Source of the DNA: Candidatus Saccharimonadota bacterium | GTDB lineage: Bacteria; Pseudomonadota; Alphaproteobacteria; CAJXXZ01; 1604HC | NCBI RefSeq assembly: GCF_008189405.1 | Contig: NZ_CP043316.1 | Location: 210,001-242,000 of the forward strand | Reading direction: 5' to 3' | DNA length: 32,000 nt | Part shown: positions 27,429 to 32,000 of the stretch, one piece after another | Numbering within the stretch: position 1 is the first letter of the stretch | How the letters are laid out: each line of letters starts with the position of its first letter | Notes under the pieces: generated by a model | What the model was told of the DNA's origin: nothing | Seen by the model: the letters and a program-made list of their open reading frames with translations, nothing else | Databases searched by the model: none | Program-made: the position numbers and the translations under genes

Positions 27429-27556
27429 TTATTTAGGATGAGTTAACTCCCGGAGAAAGTGGGATTTGAACCCACGGTATAAGTAAAACTTATACAACGG
27501 TTTTCGAGATCGCCCCATTAAGCCACTCTGGCATTTCTCCTTGTCCTAATTTTAAT
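27429..27556. repeat. Direct repeat copy 2 (tRNA-Ser module plus both flanks)
   Basis: Same orientation as 26364-26490 and offset by 1,065 bp. See copy 1 for the differences. Confidence 0.9.
27451..27540 (-). tRNA. tRNA-Ser (anticodon CGA), copy 2 (A:C mismatch in the anticodon stem; may be impaired)
   Basis: The fold matches copy 1, but the anticodon arm is GCGAT-CTCGAAA-ACCGT (A30xC40) and the variable-arm stem is 7 bp (GTATAAG/CTTATAC). It lies 59 nt downstream of the tricorn gene on the same strand. Confidence 0.75.
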
Positions 27557-27599
27557 ATAAATTGTTTAGTAATTGAGTAAACTAATTATGATTGATAAC

Positions 27600-30500
27600 T
27601 TACTTAAGTAAATTAATTGCATATTCTAGTTGTGGGTCATAATTTTCTTCATATTCTTTAGGTGATATGCTTATTTCAATATCAGGATCAACCCCAATAT
27701 TCTCCATTCCATCACCATCGTTCATCAATGTATCAAATTCTGGTTGACTGGTTAATCCACCATCGATTAGGTAATATCTTGGCATTATTCCTACTACCCC
27801 ACCCCATGTTCTTTTTCCAATTACAGGCCCAAGTTTTAATTCTTTGAACATTCGAGTAAAAATATCTCCGTCAGATCCAGTGTATTCATTGCATAATAAT
27901 ACCATTTTCCCACTAGGTGATTCGCTAGGATATGGTTCTTTTGTTCCATGTCTTGGGACTGAATACGCTAATCTTTTTCTTTGTAAACGATCTAATATTA
28001 ATGAAGAAAGGAATCCCCCACTATTGTATCGAGCATCTACTATTAAGCTTTTCTTTCTATGTTCAAAGATGTACCTTCTATAAAATTCTGCGAATCCACT
28101 TTCTACCATGTTTGGAATATGTACATACCCTATGCTATCAGATTGTTTGTGTATGGTTGAAACATTTTTTTCTATCCATTTTTGGTATGCGATTGCGCTC
28201 CAAGATGATAGAGGTTTGATGTAGATCTCTTCGTTATTATTTATTGTTAATGTGTTATTCCCTTTAATTAAATAAATGTTTAAATTTTCTTTATCAGACA
28301 TATCATGTCCATTTACATGCGTGATCACATCACCTTCACGTGCATTAAGGTGCAATGGTGATTTGTAATTTTTACCTGAATATATTTCATTTATTTTGAA
28401 TCCATGTGAAACTTTTTCAACATTTACACCTAAATATCCTTGGGTCTTATGCTCTACTTCATATACATCTCCTGGCTCAAGCACATATGCATGAGAGGTT
28501 TTTAGCTCTCCTATTAAATCTTCAAGTATTTTATTAAGCTCATTTCTTGATTTAATTTTTGGTATCAAAGTTTGATATTTAGATTTGATAGAATCCCAAT
28601 CAATATTATTGATATTTGAGTTCCAGAAATGCTCTTTTGTTAACCACCATACTTCATTCAAGATCTGGCTCCATTCTTCAGTAGGATTAACTTCAACTTC
28701 AATATCATCTATTGAAATCCAGCCACCTTTTTTATATGAAGTATCACTATCATCAAATTTAGAGCCAGATAATCCTACTCGTAATTTTTCATCATTTGCA
28801 ATTAATATCCACTTTTTATTATATGATAATGTATAGCTTACAACATCTGAAGCAATATTATCTAATTTTGGATTCTGGAAATTAAAAACCTCTAATTTTT
28901 TATCTGATGAAAGTAATAGTTTGTCCTCTATAGCAATTAATTTATGGTATTTTCCTGCAGTGATTTTTGATCCAAATAATCTTGATTCAATATCCTCTAA
29001 ATCAATTTGTGTGATTTCATCTTCATTCTCATTTTTTGAATCAATAGAATCAGAATCTTTATTGTTTTCTGTATTTTTATCTTTCTTACTATTTGCATTT
29101 TTATGATCATTATTTTTCTTGTCATCATTTGATTCTTCATCATCGTCATCATCACTAACCCAATCAATAAATGGATTCTCTAAATCTTTTTGTAGCGCAA
29201 TAGCATAAGGTTTTGCTCCATGTTTAAAGTATAAATTAAACGATAATGGATCAAACTCAGTTTTCAAATCTCTAAATGATAAGAAGTATATGTACTCTCC
29301 TTTAGGATCAAAGCTTGGGGATGTATCTTTAAATTCAGATGGAGTAAGTTGGGTTTTCTCATCTTTTTCAATGTTATATATAAATAATGCAGATATTTCA
29401 TCAGAGATATTTCTACTATATACTATCCATTTTCCATCTGGTGACCAGTCAAATCCTCTGAACCTGTTTCCATCTTCTAATATTTTTTTAGATGATTGAT
29501 TGTTTAGGTCAATTATCCACATTTCATTTCGATTATTAATAGCTGCAATTACATTTTCCTTAGAAATTATACATTTTTGGATTCTACCAATGCCTTTTGC
29601 CGTAAATTCAATTGCCCCCTGAATTTTGTTTTTTCCTGCATTATTATATGGGTGTTTATCAGTGCTTTTATTATGTAAATTGTCTGCTTTATTATTATCC
29701 TTTTCTTGAATTTGTAAATTCTTTGACTGATGTAATTTGATTGTTGAATTATCTTCATTATCTTGAATTGTGATCAATTCATTATTTTTATTCCATAAAG
29801 ATATTCTGCATCTTACATTACTATTTCGTATTTTATATCCTTTGTTCCATAGGGATTTAGAATATATTTTACCTCTAATCGCACATGTAATTTCAGATCC
29901 ATTATTATTCACATCAAAGCTTGTAATATAGTCATAGTTATTTTCAGAATAGAATTTATCTTGCTCGAAACTGTAACTTGCTCCTTCAATATTTAACTTT
30001 TCACTTTCTTTAGTTTGAGAGTTAAAAGAATATATATCCCCACCTTTACTATATAAAATATTACTTTCATTATATTTTGAAATATCTTTTACATAAAAAT
30101 CATTATGACTTGTTTCCTGAGTCCATGTTTTTTCTTCCATATTATACTGGTAGATATTTCCAATTCCGTTATGATCACTTAGGAAATATAATTTATCTTG
30201 TACCCATATTGGATCTAGAGCATTGCTATTTTCAAAAGGCAATTTAATAAAATTGCTATCTGTTTTTTGATTGGTATTATGGTTTTCAGCAGAATCATTA
30301 TTTGTATCTTGTGAAATATTATTAATGTTTAAAGTGTTTTGTGAGGAATAATTATTCCCAATCCATAAATCACCGACAGTTCCACCTTTATACTCACGCC
30401 AATTATGATATCCATATCCGAACCTTTGAATTACAGGGATGTTTTTGCTGTTCCATGTAATTGAATTTGCATATCCACAAGGAATTCTTTCTTTTTCTCC

Positions 30501-30890
30501 ACTATTAATATTTAGTTTAAAAATGTTGCATTCTTTTCTAAATGCTTGCTCGTAACTAGTAGCATATACAACAGTCTTATTATCAAACCACCCTATAACA
30601 TATGTAGAACTTCCATAAAATGTTTTTCTAATTGGCTTGTGTGAATTGACATCTATTATATAAACATCAGCCTTACTATCTTCTGATCCTGTAAAAGCTA
30701 AATATTGTCCATTTGGTGATAATGCTAAATCTCGTGCAGGGTTTTTTAGCAATGCCCACCTATTTAAACCATTACTTTCAGACCATGACCATAATGTTTC
30801 ATGAGAAACCATATAAATTTTATCTTTATGACCTACTGGATATCTATAATATTGACTTAATGACATATGTAAATTGTCGCAAAAATACAC
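27600..30890 (-). CDS. Tricorn protease homologue (beta-propeller / PDZ / S41 peptidase architecture)
   Basis: About 1,090 aa. PD40-type propeller repeats (LALSPNGQYLAFTGSED..VYII; FDWSPDGKWIVYSR; TSPSFDPKGEYIYFLS), a PDZ-like segment (GFKINEIYSG...EGDVITHVNG), an S41 core (LIVDARYNSGGF) and the tricorn-type catalytic block CNEYTGSDGDIF...GKRTWGGVVG, plus GELKTSHAYV. The likely start is Met9 (30866, MSLSQYY...). No signal peptide is evident. Confidence 0.85.
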   Translation of the reverse strand: MYFCDNLHMSLSQYYRYPVGHKDKIYMVSHETLWSWSESNGLNRWALLKNPARDLALSPNGQYLAFTGSEDSKADVYIIDVNSHKPIRKTFYGSSTYVIGWFDNKTVVYATSYEQAFRKECNIFKLNINSGEKERIPCGYANSITWNSKNIPVIQRFGYGYHNWREYKGGTVGDLWIGNNYSSQNTLNINNISQDTNNDSAENHNTNQKTDSNFIKLPFENSNALDPIWVQDKLYFLSDHNGIGNIYQYNMEEKTWTQETSHNDFYVKDISKYNESNILYSKGGDIYSFNSQTKESEKLNIEGASYSFEQDKFYSENNYDYITSFDVNNNGSEITCAIRGKIYSKSLWNKGYKIRNSNVRCRISLWNKNNELITIQDNEDNSTIKLHQSKNLQIQEKDNNKADNLHNKSTDKHPYNNAGKNKIQGAIEFTAKGIGRIQKCIISKENVIAAINNRNEMWIIDLNNQSSKKILEDGNRFRGFDWSPDGKWIVYSRNISDEISALFIYNIEKDEKTQLTPSEFKDTSPSFDPKGEYIYFLSFRDLKTEFDPLSFNLYFKHGAKPYAIALQKDLENPFIDWVSDDDDDEESNDDKKNNDHKNANSKKDKNTENNKDSDSIDSKNENEDEITQIDLEDIESRLFGSKITAGKYHKLIAIEDKLLLSSDKKLEVFNFQNPKLDNIASDVVSYTLSYNKKWILIANDEKLRVGLSGSKFDDSDTSYKKGGWISIDDIEVEVNPTEEWSQILNEVWWLTKEHFWNSNINNIDWDSIKSKYQTLIPKIKSRNELNKILEDLIGELKTSHAYVLEPGDVYEVEHKTQGYLGVNVEKVSHGFKINEIYSGKNYKSPLHLNAREGDVITHVNGHDMSDKENLNIYLIKGNNTLTINNNEEIYIKPLSSWSAIAYQKWIEKNVSTIHKQSDSIGYVHIPNMVESGFAEFYRRYIFEHRKKSLIVDARYNSGGFLSSLILDRLQRKRLAYSVPRHGTKEPYPSESPSGKMVLLCNEYTGSDGDIFTRMFKELKLGPVIGKRTWGGVVGIMPRYYLIDGGLTSQPEFDTLMNDGDGMENIGVDPDIEISISPKEYEENYDPQLEYAINLLK

Positions 30891-30967
30891 ATATAATCAT
30901 AGAGTTTTAGTCATGAAATTTTGATAAATTTTATAATATTAGTATTAATTTATATACTGATTTAATT

Positions 30968-32000
30968 TTATGCAGACAATGTGAATAATTCATAATCTTT
31001 AGTAGAGTTGATTAAGTTATTATCAGGAGTATCTATAATGTATGCCCTAAGCATGATTACAGTTTCTTCATAAATTTCTTCATTGTTTGTTTGCCCTAAT
31101 ATAGGTGCTTTTCTTACTCCTGGGATTCCCTTTTTCTTTCTATCGCTTGATTTCTTAATTAACCCTCCAATAATTACTAAATCACCATCATCAACTCTTA
31201 TAGTACTGTCCATTTCTTGAGTTGAAATTATAGGGACTTCAGAAGTAATGTTTTTGTTTTTAGACATTAATGTTACAGCTGGATCTTGTAAAGTTTTTGC
31301 AACATCTGAAATGGTTGGATGGATAGATAGAGTGATTGTTCTATTTCTAAAATCTATAGATGGTTGTACAGATAATATAGTACCAACTGGAACAGTGTTT
31401 ATTTCACTACTAAATGTGCTAGTTGTTTGTTGTACACCATTTGTATCTAATCCATATTTATGAGATAAGTATGATTGTTTTAAATTGAAGTATATTTTAT
31501 TTTGTGCAACCTTGAATACAGCATACTGATTATTTAATACTGTTGTGGTTGGGTTTGATACGGTCGATACTTCACCAAAATTTTCTAACAAATTAATTAA
31601 CTCTTCTTTGTTTCCATTTTCCGAAATCAGTACTTTGAATGCGTTAGAATCAGGTTTTTCAGAGCTAAGTGCAATATCAGCTTTGTTTTTGAGGCTTTTG
31701 TATATGTTTAGTGAGTTCCAATTTATTCCTGTCTTTAATTCATGATTTAAAGCTACTGAAAGTACTTTTGCTTCTATTAAAACTTGGCTTGCAGCTCTTT
31801 TATGCATATGAATTAAAAATTCATGAACTTTTCTATGCTGTAATTGTGTGCCTCGTACAATTAAAATTCCTGCTTGTTTGTTGATTGTATATTTAGGCTT
31901 ATCATGATTTGTTGATTTTTTATTGGATTCAGCTTTATTATAATTATGATTATAACTACTATTATAGCTATCACTATCATTACTTCTCAAAGCGCCATTA
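30968..32000 (-). CDS. Secretin-family outer-membrane channel (MshL/PilQ/GspD-like), C-terminal part; 5' end runs off the window
   Basis: The secretin C-domain pattern is present: QVLIEAKVLSVALNHELKTGINW, VSNPTTTVLNNQYAVFKV, VPVGTILSVQPSI..ITLSIHPTISDV, EVPIISTQEMDSTIRVDDGDLVIIGGLI and GIPGV..APILG. The track start (31990) is a TTG, and the frame stays open to base 32000, so the gene is partial. Confidence 0.78.
   Translation of the reverse strand, partial: NGALRSNDSDSYNSSYNHNYNKAESNKKSTNHDKPKYTINKQAGILIVRGTQLQHRKVHEFLIHMHKRAASQVLIEAKVLSVALNHELKTGINWNSLNIYKSLKNKADIALSSEKPDSNAFKVLISENGNKEELINLLENFGEVSTVSNPTTTVLNNQYAVFKVAQNKIYFNLKQSYLSHKYGLDTNGVQQTTSTFSSEINTVPVGTILSVQPSIDFRNRTITLSIHPTISDVAKTLQDPAVTLMSKNKNITSEVPIISTQEMDSTIRVDDGDLVIIGGLIKKSSDRKKKGIPGVRKAPILGQTNNEEIYEETVIMLRAYIIDTPDNNLINSTKDYELFTLSA

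Overview
This is a visibly AT-rich (about 30% G+C by eye), gene-dense bacterial chromosome segment that is almost entirely core housekeeping. It carries a partial XerC/D-family recombinase, efp-suhB, the tRNA-Leu/tig/clpP/clpX unit, tag, an alphaproteobacterial-type sspB and tsaB. It also carries four aminoacyl-tRNA synthetases (leuS, proS, tyrS, aspS), groES-groEL, infB, murG and 11 tRNA genes, six of them in a loose tRNA island at 25.8-27.5 kb. The alpha-type SspB, the efp-suhB pairing, broken classical operons, long AT-rich spacers and low-complexity insertions in conserved proteins suggest a host-associated Rickettsiales/Holosporales-like alphaproteobacterium. That placement is inference and needs a database search. 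The standard genetic code applies, because all long conserved genes are uninterrupted. I found no CRISPR array, IS/transposase, prophage, toxin-antitoxin or recognisable defence locus, and I cannot point to a convincing novel multi-gene system. The least ordinary part is the right-hand 8 kb. It holds an orphan signal-peptide protein, a tRNA island with a ~128-bp duplicated tRNA-Ser(CGA) module, a full-length tricorn-protease homologue with its catalytic motifs intact, and a partial MshL/PilQ-type secretin. Other points worth a second look are a SuhB with substituted metal-binding residues, a non-canonical initiator tRNA, recurrent G1:U72 acceptor ends, 48/69-bp tandem repeats inside infB and a 1.1-kb gene-free spacer.
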